Shown: positions 40,015 to 50,630, numbered from the stretch's first letter. The stretch: 64,000 bases of DNA from an uncultured Gammaproteobacteria bacterium (GCA_964596415.1 CAZQSX010000001.1:37508-101507), one strand, 5' to 3'. Notes: a model not told the origin generated them from the letters alone. Translations and numbers: made by a program.

Positions 40015-40634
40015 GACTTTTTACTTTCCAAAAACTTTTTTCCATGCCCCACAGTTGTGTTTATAGGGATCCCTTTTTTGCAAAGTGGACAGTTTCTTGC
40101 TTCCCATGTTTCCACGAATAATTCTCCCAAACTCATAAACGGGGCGCCTACTGTATCCCCATTTACTGTTTTTGGACTTCTATTTACCATGACAATTACT
40201 GAAACTACTCTTCCGCCGGCATTTTTTACTGTGGTTACAACTTTCTTAACAGATCCGCCGGTTGTAGTTAAGTCTTCAATTACCAGTACATTTTTATCCT
40301 TTACATACTTATCATACCCGCGGGTAAATACCTGGTTTTTATCTGCATCTTTTTCTGTGTAAATTCCCAGAATTTCTTTATTTTTTAAAGAAGAAAGGTG
40401 ATAGGCAGTCCACGTAGATAGAATAATTCCGCCAAGTGCTGGTGCTACTACTACATCTATGTCTAAATCTTTTGCGCGTTTTGCAAATAGCATTCCCACC
40501 CTTGATGTTTCCTCAGTGTGCGGATAGAGCGCATCTTTATTAATATAAATTGGCATGTGAAGACCAGAGGTTCCCACAAAATGGTCATCTACTAAAACTG
40601 CACCAACACTTTTTAAGATATCCAAAACTTCCAT
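40011..40634 (-). CDS. pyrE: orotate phosphoribosyltransferase
   Basis: HFVGTSGLH, PALGGI and VLVIEDLTTTGGS motifs. Confidence 0.9.
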   Translation of the reverse strand: MEVLDILKSVGAVLVDDHFVGTSGLHMPIYINKDALYPHTEETSRVGMLFAKRAKDLDIDVVVAPALGGIILSTWTAYHLSSLKNKEILGIYTEKDADKNQVFTRGYDKYVKDKNVLVIEDLTTTGGSVKKVVTTVKNAGGRVVSVIVMVNRSPKTVNGDTVGAPFMSLGELFVETWEARNCPLCKKGIPINTTVGHGKKFLESKKS

Positions 40635-40641
40635 ATAGATA

Positions 40642-41718
40642 TTATATAACTGGTTTTATAACTTGTCCAAATCCTTTTTCAGCTAAAATTTTTCCCTGCC
40701 TGCCGGTAGGCATGGTGTTTTCAAAAACGGTTGTTTCTCGAATAATTACCTTCTTAACCCTTCCCTTCATTCTTCTTCCTTCAAATGGTGACCAACCACA
40801 TTTAGTAAATAACATTTCATTGGTAAGTGCGTACTCTTCATCCGTGTCCACTTCAACAATCGCATCTTGGTCAGGTAGGTTAAAAATTTTCTTTGGATTG
40901 TCATGGCAAAGCCGAAATATATCTTCAATTTTAAGTCTACCCTCGCTCACTGCGGTTAATAGCAGAGGAAGGGTCGTTTCTAAACCTGGTACTCCAAATG
41001 GAGGAGTATCGCTTTCTTTTTCCTCTTTTGTATGCGGTGCATGGTCAGATTCTATGATATCAATTTGATCCAGATGATCCCATAAAAACTGAACATCTTT
41101 CTTTGATTTTAAATATGGTTTCATTTTCCCGTATGATCCTAATTTTTTACTATCTTCTTGAGTTAAAAATAAATGATGAGGCGTTACTCCGCAGGAAACA
41201 GGAAGTCCTTTTTCTTTTGCTTGCATGATTTGCTCTAGATCCGTTCTTAAACTAATATGACAAAAATGAGCGTGCTTTTTTGTTTTGGTTACGTTTTTTA
41301 TAACTTCAGAAACTGCGTCGTCTTCTGCATGAACGAGAATTGGTCTACCATTCCAAGCGTCATATATTTTTGCAAGAGTATTTGAGTCGATTAAAAAATT
41401 TCCAGTTGTTTCATTAAGATATAGTTTTAACCCAAATACTTTTTCTTTTACTTTTTCAAATTCAGAGAGGTTATCACCTAAAGATCCAAAATAAAAACCA
41501 ACATCACTTACTATGGATTTTTTTGCAAATTCTATTTTTTCAAGAAGAAGCTTTGCGGATGTGATGGGAAATGTATTATTTGGCATGTCTAAAATTTGCG
41601 TAAACCCACCAGCTATTGCTGCAGCAGTTCCTGTATAAAAATCTTCTTTATGGGTTTGACCAGGAGTTCTTAGGTGAGTATGGATGTCTATAAGTCCTGG
41701 CAGGGTAATGTTTTTCAT
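40642..41718 (-). CDS. pyrC: dihydroorotase
   Basis: PGLIDIHTHLR, DMPN, PHHLFL and SDHAPH motifs; ATGA overlap with carB. Confidence 0.92.
   Translation of the reverse strand: MKNITLPGLIDIHTHLRTPGQTHKEDFYTGTAAAIAGGFTQILDMPNNTFPITSAKLLLEKIEFAKKSIVSDVGFYFGSLGDNLSEFEKVKEKVFGLKLYLNETTGNFLIDSNTLAKIYDAWNGRPILVHAEDDAVSEVIKNVTKTKKHAHFCHISLRTDLEQIMQAKEKGLPVSCGVTPHHLFLTQEDSKKLGSYGKMKPYLKSKKDVQFLWDHLDQIDIIESDHAPHTKEEKESDTPPFGVPGLETTLPLLLTAVSEGRLKIEDIFRLCHDNPKKIFNLPDQDAIVEVDTDEEYALTNEMLFTKCGWSPFEGRRMKGRVKKVIIRETTVFENTMPTGRQGKILAEKGFGQVIKPVI
40695..40714. repeat. short palindrome inserted in-frame in pyrC (MPTGRQG)
   Basis: cctgcctgccggtaggcatg; core tgcctgccggtaggca is a near-perfect palindrome. Confidence 0.7.
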
Positions 41719-44700
41719 CTGTATTCGCTCCACGATTTTATAGGAAGATCCTCGAGTGTGTACTCTGTTAATGCTTTTATATAAAGATTAGCATTTTTTC
41801 TGTTTGTTATAAGGCGAATATTATGATCAACTGCAGCTCTTCTCATAATATATCCATCATCAACATCTTTTTTATGTTTTAGATCAACAATATTAATAGC
41901 AAGATCTACTTTTCCGCGAGCAAAAAAATCTAAGATGTTAGGGTTTTTATTTTCATGAATTTTGTAAAGACGTTTAGCGGGAATTCCATGATATCTAAAA
42001 AACTTTGCTGTATTTTCAGTCGCATATATTTGAACTCCTAATTCCTTTAAGCGAAAAGCACTATCTAAGAATCTGACTTTATTATCCTCTGAGCCAAGGG
42101 ATACAAAAATTCCTTTTTTTGGAATAACTCCATCTACTGAGAGTTCAGCTTTTAGAAATGCCTCATCAACATGCTCTCCAAAAGCAGCTGCTTCTCCGGT
42201 TGAAGCCATTTCTACTCGAAGCAGAGGATCTGCTCCTTCTAGTCTTGAGAATGAGAATTGCGGAACCTTTACAAGGTAAGATTTTGGGTAAGGGATAATT
42301 TCTTTTTTACCTTTATTAAAAAACGCATCAACTAAAACGTGGGCAAGATTAACCCCTGTTGCTTTGGAGATAAATGGAAATGTTCGGGATGCCCGAAGAT
42401 TTGCTTCAATAACGTAGACTTTTCCTTCACGTGCTAAAAATTGTATATTTATGGGTCCAGTAATATCTAATTTTTTTACAATTTTTTGAGCAATTTCTAT
42501 AATTTCTCGTTCATAGTGAATGTAAAGATTATGAGGAGGGTAAACAATTGACGCATCACCAGAATGTACACCCGCATTTTCTATATGTTGGGATATAGCG
42601 TATCGGATTAATTCTCCGTGTTGACCAACTCCATCAAGCTCTATCTCCCGAGCATGCTCTATGAATTTACTTACCGTAATTGGATGATCGCTGCTGATAG
42701 TAGTAGCAACTTTTTTTAAGAAAGATTTTAAGTCTTCTTCTGTATAGCATACACTCATAGCATCACCAGAAAGTACATATGACGGTCGAATAAGCACAGG
42801 ATACCCTTCCTCTGTTGCAAATGTAATTGCGGACTGTACTGTTTTAAACTGCTTCCATATGGGTTGTGCAATATTGAGTGTGTCAAGAAGGTGGGAAAAT
42901 GTATTTCTGTCCTCTGCGCGGTCAATATTTTCAGCGCTTGTTCCAAGAATAGGAACTTTATTAAGATCTAATTTTTTTGCGAGATTATTTGGCGTTTGTC
43001 CTCCAACAGAAATAATTACACCAAAAGATTTTTCAAAATCATAAATATCCAAGACCCGTTCTAGTGTTAGTTCTTCAAAATAGAGTCTATCTGAGATGTC
43101 ATAATCTGTTGAAACAGTTTCAGGGTTACAGTTTATGATGATTGATTGTTTTTTGTATTTTTTTAGAGCAAGAGCTGTGTTAACACATGTCCAATCAAAC
43201 TCTACGGAAGACCCAATTCTGTAAGGACCTGATCCCAGCACAATGACACCGTCATTTTTAATAGGTGTAACATCATTTATTGTTGCATGATATGTCATGT
43301 ATAGATAATTTGTTTTTGCTGGAAATTCCCCAGCGAGAGTATCAATCTGAAGAACAGAAGGGATTATCTTAAACGCGAGTCGCATCTTTCGAATTTCTTG
43401 TTCAGGTATTTTTAAAATAGATCCAATTTTTTTATCTGAAAAACCGAGTTTCTTCAGGTGGTATAAAGAGTCTTTTGTTATAATTTTTTTGTTCTCTAAA
43501 ACTGTTTCAGCATGTGCGATATTTTTTATACCAGTTAGAAACCATGGGTCAATTCCTGTAAGTTTATGAATTTTTTGAATTGTTTCACCATTTTTAAAAG
43601 CTTGAGCAATTGCAAAAATTCTTTTTGGAGTAGGAGTTTTTATAAAATGATGTAGGTTTTCTTTTTTTGTTGCGAACCGGTCTTTATTCCTGAGAATATT
43701 ACTGTCAGTAATTCCTTCATTTCCTGTTCCAAGCATCCTGATTGCTTTTTGAAGTGCTTCTTCAAATGATCTTCCGATACTCATAACTTCTCCAACAGAT
43801 TTCATGCTGCTTCCTATTTTTTCCTCAACCCCTTTAAATTTTTCTAGATCCCAGCGGGGAATTTTAACAACTAAATAATCAAGTGCAGGTTCAAAACAGG
43901 ATTGGGTTACAAGCGTCACCTGATTTTTAATTTCAGTCATGGAAAATCCTAACGACAGTTTTGCCGCAACATATGCAAGTGGATATCCGGTTGCTTTAGA
44001 AGCAAGAGCAGAAGATCTTGAAAGTCTTGGATTCATTTCAATTACCTGATACTCTAATGGCGGATTATTTAAGTGGGCTTGCCCTGAGCCTTCTGGCGAA
44101 GGGTGAAGTGCAAATTGGACATTGCATTCGCCAACAATATTTAAACTTCTCACAATCTTAATGGATACATCTCTGAGGTATTGATATTCATAATTGGTAA
44201 GCGTTTGAGAAGGCGCAACCACAATAGATTCTCCTGTATGAATTCCCAGGGGATCTAAATTTTCCATATTGCAAACTGTTATGCAGTTATCATATGCGTC
44301 TCGTACTACTTCGTACTCAATCTCTTTATAATGATGAAGATATTTTTCTATGAGAATTTGTGGTGAAAAAGAAAGGGCTTCTTCTATTTTGAGATTAAAT
44401 TCTTCCTCTGTGTAGCAGATTCCAGACTTCTGTCCTCCTAGAGCAAATGCAGCCCGTACCATAACAGGAAGGCCTAATTTTTTCATAACTTTTTTTGCCT
44501 CAGAGATACTTGCAGCTGCATAACTAAGAGGAGTATTTACTTGGATTTTTTTCATGTGTTTTGCAAATTCAGCTCTATCTTCTGCGATAATGATGCTTTC
44601 AACGGATGTTCCAAGAACTTTTGTTTGATATTTTTGAAGAACCCCTTTTTTATATAAGTTAACACCGCAGTTCAATGCAGTTTGTCCGCCAAAAGAAAGT

Positions 44701-44966
44701 GTTATGGCATCTGGTTTTTCTTTTTTTATTACTTCTTCTACAAAATGTTCAGTTACGGGAAGAAAATAAACGGTATCTGCTAAAAATTCAGAAGTTTGAA
44801 TGGTTGCAATGTTAGGATTTATAAGAACTGTTGTTATTCCTTCTTCTTTATATGCTTTAATTGCTTGTGAACCTGAGTAATCAAATTCACCAGCTTGTCC
44901 GATTTTTAATGCACCAGATCCAAGTATCAAAATTTTTTTAATTTTCTGTATTTTTTTATTTGTCAT
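41715..44966 (-). CDS. carB: carbamoyl-phosphate synthase large subunit
   Basis: GQAGEFDYSG, EMNPRLSRSSALASKATGYP and NPETVSTDYD motifs; C-terminal MGS domain. Confidence 0.97.
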   Translation of the reverse strand: MTNKKIQKIKKILILGSGALKIGQAGEFDYSGSQAIKAYKEEGITTVLINPNIATIQTSEFLADTVYFLPVTEHFVEEVIKKEKPDAITLSFGGQTALNCGVNLYKKGVLQKYQTKVLGTSVESIIIAEDRAEFAKHMKKIQVNTPLSYAAASISEAKKVMKKLGLPVMVRAAFALGGQKSGICYTEEEFNLKIEEALSFSPQILIEKYLHHYKEIEYEVVRDAYDNCITVCNMENLDPLGIHTGESIVVAPSQTLTNYEYQYLRDVSIKIVRSLNIVGECNVQFALHPSPEGSGQAHLNNPPLEYQVIEMNPRLSRSSALASKATGYPLAYVAAKLSLGFSMTEIKNQVTLVTQSCFEPALDYLVVKIPRWDLEKFKGVEEKIGSSMKSVGEVMSIGRSFEEALQKAIRMLGTGNEGITDSNILRNKDRFATKKENLHHFIKTPTPKRIFAIAQAFKNGETIQKIHKLTGIDPWFLTGIKNIAHAETVLENKKIITKDSLYHLKKLGFSDKKIGSILKIPEQEIRKMRLAFKIIPSVLQIDTLAGEFPAKTNYLYMTYHATINDVTPIKNDGVIVLGSGPYRIGSSVEFDWTCVNTALALKKYKKQSIIINCNPETVSTDYDISDRLYFEELTLERVLDIYDFEKSFGVIISVGGQTPNNLAKKLDLNKVPILGTSAENIDRAEDRNTFSHLLDTLNIAQPIWKQFKTVQSAITFATEEGYPVLIRPSYVLSGDAMSVCYTEEDLKSFLKKVATTISSDHPITVSKFIEHAREIELDGVGQHGELIRYAISQHIENAGVHSGDASIVYPPHNLYIHYEREIIEIAQKIVKKLDITGPINIQFLAREGKVYVIEANLRASRTFPFISKATGVNLAHVLVDAFFNKGKKEIIPYPKSYLVKVPQFSFSRLEGADPLLRVEMASTGEAAAFGEHVDEAFLKAELSVDGVIPKKGIFVSLGSEDNKVRFLDSAFRLKELGVQIYATENTAKFFRYHGIPAKRLYKIHENKNPNILDFFARGKVDLAINIVDLKHKKDVDDGYIMRRAAVDHNIRLITNRKNANLYIKALTEYTLEDLPIKSWSEYR
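44077..44103 (-). repeat. REP-like element, family B (in-frame in carB, PSPEGSGQA)
   Basis: CCC-TTCG-ccagaagg-CTCA-GGG-CAAGC. Confidence 0.75.
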
Positions 44967-46003
44967 ACTTTTTTAAGAAATTCATCAAACAAAAAGTCAG
45001 TATCTTGTGGCCCTGGATAGCTCTCTGGATGAAACTGTACAGACATAAACGGCAATGAGTTGTGGATAATTCCTTCATTGGTGTTATCATTTGCATTCGT
45101 AAACCAAGTTTTGAACCCAGGAGGAATTTTCCCAACTGCGTATCCGTGGTTTTGCGTTGTGATATAGCATCTATCAGTTCCCGTCATCACGCAGGGTTGG
45201 TTTTGGGATCTATGTCCATACTTTAATTTATAGGTGTCTCCGCCAGCAGCAAGTGCAAGAATTTGATTTCCCAAACAAATACCAAAGGTAGGAATTTTTT
45301 TCTCAAGTGCTTTTTTTATAATCTCAATTGTTTTTACTGCCATTTTTGGATCACCTGGTCCATTTGAGATAATAATTCCATCACATAAAACGTTATGCTT
45401 AAAAATATCATAATCCCACGGGACAGTTATTACTTCAACGCCACGATTCAAAAGGCTTCTTACGATATTTCTTTTTGCACCGCAATCAAATAAAACAATT
45501 TTTTTCTTGCCAGTTCCTTGCCTAACTATTTTTTTTGTTGAAACTTCAGCAACTAAATTTTCAATATTTGGATTGTATTGTTCTAATCCGCCAGCTGGTG
45601 GATTTATCAATATTTTTCCAAGCATCGTTCCTTTTGTTCTTAATTTTTTTGTTAAGAATCTTGTGTCTGAAATTTCAAGACCAGGAATACCTTCTTCTTT
45701 CAACCAGCTCGCAAGCGTTTTACGACTGGTGTGATGAGAGGGGTTGTCAATATAATTACAAACAATAAGACCTTTTATATGAATAGAATCTGATTCAAAA
45801 TATTTGTTATCTGTTACGCCGTAGTTTCCAATTAATGGATAGGTAAATATGAGAATTTGTCCTCTGTATGAAGGGTCGGTAATTGATTCTGGATACCCAA
45901 CCATGCCAGTTGCAAAAACCACTTCCCCTGCGGTTGAAGTGGGCGCTCCAAATGAAGCACCTTCAAGATGTGTTCCATCTTCTAAAATTAAATAACCTTT
46001 CAT
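44963..46003 (-). CDS. carA: carbamoyl-phosphate synthase small subunit
   Basis: TDPSYRGQ, SNGPGDP, GICLGNQ and QFHPE motifs. Confidence 0.97.
   Translation of the reverse strand: MKGYLILEDGTHLEGASFGAPTSTAGEVVFATGMVGYPESITDPSYRGQILIFTYPLIGNYGVTDNKYFESDSIHIKGLIVCNYIDNPSHHTSRKTLASWLKEEGIPGLEISDTRFLTKKLRTKGTMLGKILINPPAGGLEQYNPNIENLVAEVSTKKIVRQGTGKKKIVLFDCGAKRNIVRSLLNRGVEVITVPWDYDIFKHNVLCDGIIISNGPGDPKMAVKTIEIIKKALEKKIPTFGICLGNQILALAAGGDTYKLKYGHRSQNQPCVMTGTDRCYITTQNHGYAVGKIPPGFKTWFTNANDNTNEGIIHNSLPFMSVQFHPESYPGPQDTDFLFDEFLKKV
45585..45604. repeat. 20-bp palindrome in-frame in carA (NPPAGGL)
   Basis: aatccgccagctggtggatt with one mismatched pair. Confidence 0.7.
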
Positions 46004-46965
46004 AATAATCCAAGAACAAGAGATATAAGAGCCATGCGTAAATACATCCCATTTCTTATTTGGGATGTGAGATATACTGCCCGAGGATCAGAGTCAACAC
46101 CTGTATCAATTTCACCTACTCTTGGAAGTGGATGCATGAAGATAGTTTTTGCACCTGCATAATTTTCAATAAGTTTTGGAGTGAGTATATATTTATTTTT
46201 TACTTTTTCATATGCTTCATGTTTTGAAAAACGCTCTTTTTGAACTCTTGTCCAATACCAGAAATCAGCATTTTTAGGAATATCTTCTTCTTTTGAAATT
46301 TCATGAATGGTAATTCCTGAGTCTTTGAATTTTGTTAATTCAGTTCTATTAATCATTAATTCCTTTGGTGACAGAAGATATACAGTGTTTTTCTTAAACA
46401 AGCTTAAAGCTCTAATTAAAGAGTGTACTGTTCTTCCATTCAGCATATCTCCTGCAAGAACTCCTGTAAGATTATCTAAGTGTTTTGTGTGTTCATAGAT
46501 GGTATAAAGATCAAATAATGCTTGTGTAGGGTGCTCATTAGTTCCGTCACCTGCGTTAAGAATTGGAACAAAGTTTGCAGCATCAGCAGCTTTTTTAGCA
46601 GCTCCTACTTCCGGATGTCTTATGACAATTGCGTCACAATATGCTTCAAAAACACGAATAGTATCTTCAAGTGTTTCACCTTTTGAAACTGAGGAAAATT
46701 GCTGCGGATTTAAGATTTCAATTGTTTGACCTCCCAATTGTTTAACTGCTGCGCCAAAAGAGGCAAAGGTTCTGCTTGAGGGTTCGTAGAATAATAAGGT
46801 AACTATTTTTCCTTTTAAAAGACTTGAAGGGCGACCGTTTTTGGCAATTAATGCCATCTTGGGAACGTGTGAGAAAAGTTTTTCAATTGAAGAGGTATCA
46901 AATTGAGAAAGAGAGAGGATGTCTTGGTTTTTAAACTTGCCAGAAATTGTTTTAGTGTTTTGCAT
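46000..46965 (-). CDS. pyrB: aspartate carbamoyltransferase
   Basis: FYEPSSRT, NAGDG..EHPTQ, TRVQKERF and HPLPR motifs. Confidence 0.95.
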   Translation of the reverse strand: MQNTKTISGKFKNQDILSLSQFDTSSIEKLFSHVPKMALIAKNGRPSSLLKGKIVTLLFYEPSSRTFASFGAAVKQLGGQTIEILNPQQFSSVSKGETLEDTIRVFEAYCDAIVIRHPEVGAAKKAADAANFVPILNAGDGTNEHPTQALFDLYTIYEHTKHLDNLTGVLAGDMLNGRTVHSLIRALSLFKKNTVYLLSPKELMINRTELTKFKDSGITIHEISKEEDIPKNADFWYWTRVQKERFSKHEAYEKVKNKYILTPKLIENYAGAKTIFMHPLPRVGEIDTGVDSDPRAVYLTSQIRNGMYLRMALISLVLGLL

Positions 46966-47036
46966 TGATTTTACGACGTTCTGGAACATAACTTTACCAG
47001 AATATAGGCTCTTTTTCAATATTGAAAAAATTCCCC

Positions 47037-47073
47037 TTGACACCAATTAGCAGTCGTGGTATATTATTGCTAA
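47037..47073 (+). promoter_or_regulatory. hrcA promoter with CIRCE operator
   Basis: TTGACA-17-TATATT; TTAGCAGTC-N9-TATTGCTAA at 47047..47073. Confidence 0.85.
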
Positions 47074-47106
47074 TCCTTCGACTCGCTCTGTTTGCTCAGG
47101 ACAAGC
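47074..47106 (+). repeat. REP-like element, family B (in the hrcA 5' UTR)
   Basis: TCC-TTCG-actcgctctgtttg-CTCA-GGA-CAAGC. Confidence 0.75.
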
Positions 47107-47124
47107 ACAAGGATTTTTAATACC

Positions 47125-47850
47125 ATGTATGATTTGACACCACGCCAAGTAGATATCTTAAAGCTTATTGTCAAGGAGTATATAGATAATGCAGAGCCTG
47201 TTGGCTCTGAAACCCTTGAAAAAAAATATGATATTGGGGTTTCACCCGCAACTATCAGAAATGAGATGGCAGAGATGGTGAAGCTTGGATATCTTTCAAA
47301 ACCTCATACATCAGCTGGTCGAATACCTTCTACAAAGGCATTAAAGCTTTACATAAATGAGCTTATGCGTGAAAAAGAAATTTCAGTAGCTGATGAAGTT
47401 CAAGCAAAAGAAAAAGTGTGGGATTATAGGGCAACACGAGATAAGTTTTTGCGCGAAGTTACAAAAAATTTAGCCCAAAAAACACATTCGCTTGCGGTTA
47501 CAACTACTTCTGAGGGAGATATTTATTATGCAGGATATGGAAATATTTTGGAGATGCCTGAATTTTACGATATTGATATAGCAAAAAATTTTCTTACCCT
47601 TCTTGATAATACTTCTTGCTTTGAAAGCATCATTGAACGTATGGAAAACGATTTTGGAATTTTTTTGGGTGATGAGTTAGGGAGCGAGCTGTATAAACCA
47701 TACAGTTTTATTTTTAGTAGATTTGATGTAAAATCTCATCAATGTCAGGGTTCAATTGGAGTGGTAGGTCCAGCTAGAGTAAGGTATGATTCGCTTGTAC
47801 CAACCGTTAAATTTTTTGGAGGGCTTATAGAAGACGTTGCTGAATGGTAG
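47125..47850 (+). CDS. hrcA: heat-inducible transcription repressor (short form)
   Basis: EPVGS, SPATIRNEM, PHTSAGRIP and GVVGPARVRY motifs. Confidence 0.93.
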   Translation: MYDLTPRQVDILKLIVKEYIDNAEPVGSETLEKKYDIGVSPATIRNEMAEMVKLGYLSKPHTSAGRIPSTKALKLYINELMREKEISVADEVQAKEKVWDYRATRDKFLREVTKNLAQKTHSLAVTTTSEGDIYYAGYGNILEMPEFYDIDIAKNFLTLLDNTSCFESIIERMENDFGIFLGDELGSELYKPYSFIFSRFDVKSHQCQGSIGVVGPARVRYDSLVPTVKFFGGLIEDVAEW

Positions 47851-47897
47851 GATTTGAAACAGTAGTTTTAGAAGTTATAATTTATAATTAAATTCAG

Positions 47898-48443
47898 ATG
47901 GATAAGAAAAATAAGCAAAGCTTGCGACCCTCAGATGAGTCTGAAGGTCTAAAGAAACATGAAGAAACAACAGAAGAATTTGAAGAGGAGCTTGATCAGG
48001 AAGAGCACGTAGGAGAGGAACAAGAGGAGTCAGAAGCAGATGCTAGGGTAAAAAACTTAGAGGATCAATTAAAGCGGGCAGTTGCAGATTATCGTAATCT
48101 TGAAAATAGGGTGCAGGAGGAACGGATTGAGTTTGTAAAATTTGCAAATAAAAATTTGTTAGAAAATTTACTTCCTGCTTTTGACACAATAATTTTGGCC
48201 TCTCAATATTCTGAGGACCAGAACTTGCAAGTGACCGTAAAGTATTTACTTGATATTTTAAAGCAGGCAGGAGTAGAAAAAGTAGAAACAATTGGTCAGA
48301 AATTTGACCCGGTGACCATGGAGGCAATTGAGGTTATTGCGGGAAATGAAGGAGAGGTTGTAGAAGAGTCTCAGCCAGGATTTACACTGCATGGTAAGAT
48401 ATTAAGACCTGCGAGAGTAAAAGTGGGAAGGGAGAAGGAGTAA
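47898..48443 (+). CDS. grpE: nucleotide exchange factor GrpE
   Basis: RAVADYRN, FDP and GFTLHGKILRPARVKV motifs. Confidence 0.95.
   Translation: MDKKNKQSLRPSDESEGLKKHEETTEEFEEELDQEEHVGEEQEESEADARVKNLEDQLKRAVADYRNLENRVQEERIEFVKFANKNLLENLLPAFDTIILASQYSEDQNLQVTVKYLLDILKQAGVEKVETIGQKFDPVTMEAIEVIAGNEGEVVEESQPGFTLHGKILRPARVKVGREKE
47912..47951 (+). repeat. 40-nt hairpin element, family A (in-frame in the grpE N-terminus)
   Basis: taagcaaagcttgcgaccctcagatgagtctgaaggtcta. Confidence 0.8.
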
Positions 48444-48530
48444 GAAAAAACTATAATTTAAAATTTTTAATTTCTCATGAATTTTTAAAAGTGATTGAAA
48501 ATTTAAGATTTATAATTTAAAATTAAACCT

Positions 48531-50462
48531 ATGTCTAAAATTATTGGTATTGATTTAGGAACAACAAATTCATGCGTTGCTGTTATGGAAGCAGGCACGC
48601 CTAAGGTTATTTTTTCTGCTGAAGGTAGAAATGTTACTCCTTCTGTGGTTGATCCAGTTGATCGTGTTGTGGGAGATGTGGCAAAGCGTCAAATGGTTTT
48701 AAAGCCAAAAAGAATAATTTTCTCCATAAAAAGACTCATGGGAAGACGTTTTAAAGATAAGGAAGTGCAAGATGATTTAAAGCTTCTTCCGTATACCATA
48801 GAGGCAGGAAAAGAAGGCATGGCGATAGTTGAAGTAGAGGGTAAAAAATATACTCCAGAGGAAATTTCTGCAATGATTTTAACAAAGCTTAAAAATGACG
48901 CAGAATCATACTTGGGTGGAAAAGTAACACAAGCAGTTATTACAGTTCCAGCATATTTTGATGATTCTCAGCGTCAAGCAACAAAACAAGCAGGAGAAAT
49001 TGCTGGACTTGAGGTGCTTCGAATAGTAAATGAGCCAACAGCAGCGGCACTTGCCTATGGGCTTGATAAAAAACATGCGCATACCATTGCAGTTTATGAC
49101 ATGGGAGGCGGAACATTTGATATTTCTATACTTGAACTTGGTGAAGGAGTATATGAAGTAAAAGCAACAAATGGAGATACCCATTTAGGTGGAGATGATT
49201 TTGATCAAAAAATAATTGATTATATTGCTGATGAATTTAAAAAAGAAAATAGTATTGATTTGCGAAAAGATTCTCAGGCACTTCAAAGACTCAAAGAAGC
49301 AGCAGAAAAAGCAAAAATTGAACTTTCAACTTCTCAAGAGGCAGAGATTAACCAACCGTTTATAACACAAGGCGCAAATGGTCCGCTTCATCTAACCATG
49401 AAGTTAACGCGTAGCAAGCTTGAAAGCATCGTAGGTGAGTTAATAACAAACTCCTTTAAGCCAGTTGAGGCAGCCTTGAAAGATGCTGGAATGGATGCAT
49501 CTAAAGTAGATGAGGTGATTTTAGTAGGAGGTATGACGCGTATGCCAAAAATTGTTGAAGAAGTTGGAAAGTTCTTTGGAAAAGAACCAAATAAATCTGT
49601 CAATCCTGATGAGGTTGTTGCGGTTGGAGCAGCTGTTCAGGCAGGAGTTTTGGGTGGAGACGTGAAAGATGTACTGCTTTTAGATGTAACACCATTGACA
49701 CTGGGGATAGAAACATTAGGAGGAGTTGCAACGCCATTAATAAATCGCAATTCAACAATCCCTACTAAAAAATCTCAAGTATTTTCAACAGCTGCTGATA
49801 ATCAGACTCAGGTTGAAATTCATGTAGTTCAAGGGGAACGACCAATGGCTGCCGACAACAAGTCATTGGGTAGATTTATTTTAGATGGAATTCCACCAGC
49901 GCCCCGTGGTGTTCCCCAGGTTGAAGTGACCTTTGACATAGATGCTTCAGGACTTTTATCAGTTACCGCAAAGGATAATGCTTCAGGAAAAGAGCAAAGC
50001 ATTAAGATAACCGGTGGAACTGGTTTGTCAAAAGAAGAGGTTGAGAAAATGACAAAAGAAGCAGAAATGAATGCTGCTGAAGATGAAAAGAAAAAAGAAA
50101 TGATTGAAGTGAAAAACCGCGCGGATGGACTGATCTTTACTGCAGAAAAATCCCTTAAAGACTTGGGGGATAAAGTGCCCGCAGATTTGAAAACAGACGT
50201 TGAAGCAAAAATTGAGGCGCTAAGAGAAGCGCTGAAAGGTGATGATAAAGAGGCAATTGAAGCAAAAACAACAGAACTTTCAGAGCATCTCTCAAAAATA
50301 GGTGAACAGATGCAGCAGCAGCCAGGAGGACAGCCTGGAGCCGAACAGGCATCAGGGGAAACAGCGGGAGAACAGGCTGAGACTTCTTCAGAAGAAAACG
50401 GAGAAAAAAAAGAAGAAACGAAAGATAAAGACGAAGCAGTTGAAGGTGAAGTGGTGAATTAG
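48531..50462 (+). CDS. dnaK: chaperone DnaK
   Basis: [26 protein letters not shown] and [11 protein letters not shown] motifs. Confidence 0.98.
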   Translation: MSKIIGIDLGTTNSCVAVMEAGTPKVIFSAEGRNVTPSVVDPVDRVVGDVAKRQMVLKPKRIIFSIKRLMGRRFKDKEVQDDLKLLPYTIEAGKEGMAIVEVEGKKYTPEEISAMILTKLKNDAESYLGGKVTQAVITVPAYFDDSQRQATKQAGEIAGLEVLRIVNEPTAAALAYGLDKKHAHTIAVYDMGGGTFDISILELGEGVYEVKATNGDTHLGGDDFDQKIIDYIADEFKKENSIDLRKDSQALQRLKEAAEKAKIELSTSQEAEINQPFITQGANGPLHLTMKLTRSKLESIVGELITNSFKPVEAALKDAGMDASKVDEVILVGGMTRMPKIVEEVGKFFGKEPNKSVNPDEVVAVGAAVQAGVLGGDVKDVLLLDVTPLTLGIETLGGVATPLINRNSTIPTKKSQVFSTAADNQTQVEIHVVQGERPMAADNKSLGRFILDGIPPAPRGVPQVEVTFDIDASGLLSVTAKDNASGKEQSIKITGGTGLSKEEVEKMTKEAEMNAAEDEKKKEMIEVKNRADGLIFTAEKSLKDLGDKVPADLKTDVEAKIEALREALKGDDKEAIEAKTTELSEHLSKIGEQMQQQPGGQPGAEQASGETAGEQAETSSEENGEKKEETKDKDEAVEGEVVN

Positions 50463-50592
50463 GAATTAGATACGAGGAATTAAAGATTAGAAAAATGCAA
50501 GAAACATCTTTACCAATGCCTACGCAAGACATCCCAATGGGATGTTTAATGTGTGGGAAGATGTAGAAAATAGCTTCAGTAGTAAATTGCAG

Positions 50593-50619
50593 ATCTCCCA
50601 CAAAAGGGGAGATTTTTTT
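50593..50619 (+). terminator. intrinsic terminator of the dnaK operon
   Basis: atctccc-acaaaag-gggagat followed by a T-run. Confidence 0.75.
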
Positions 50620-50630
50620 ATGTTAAAAAT

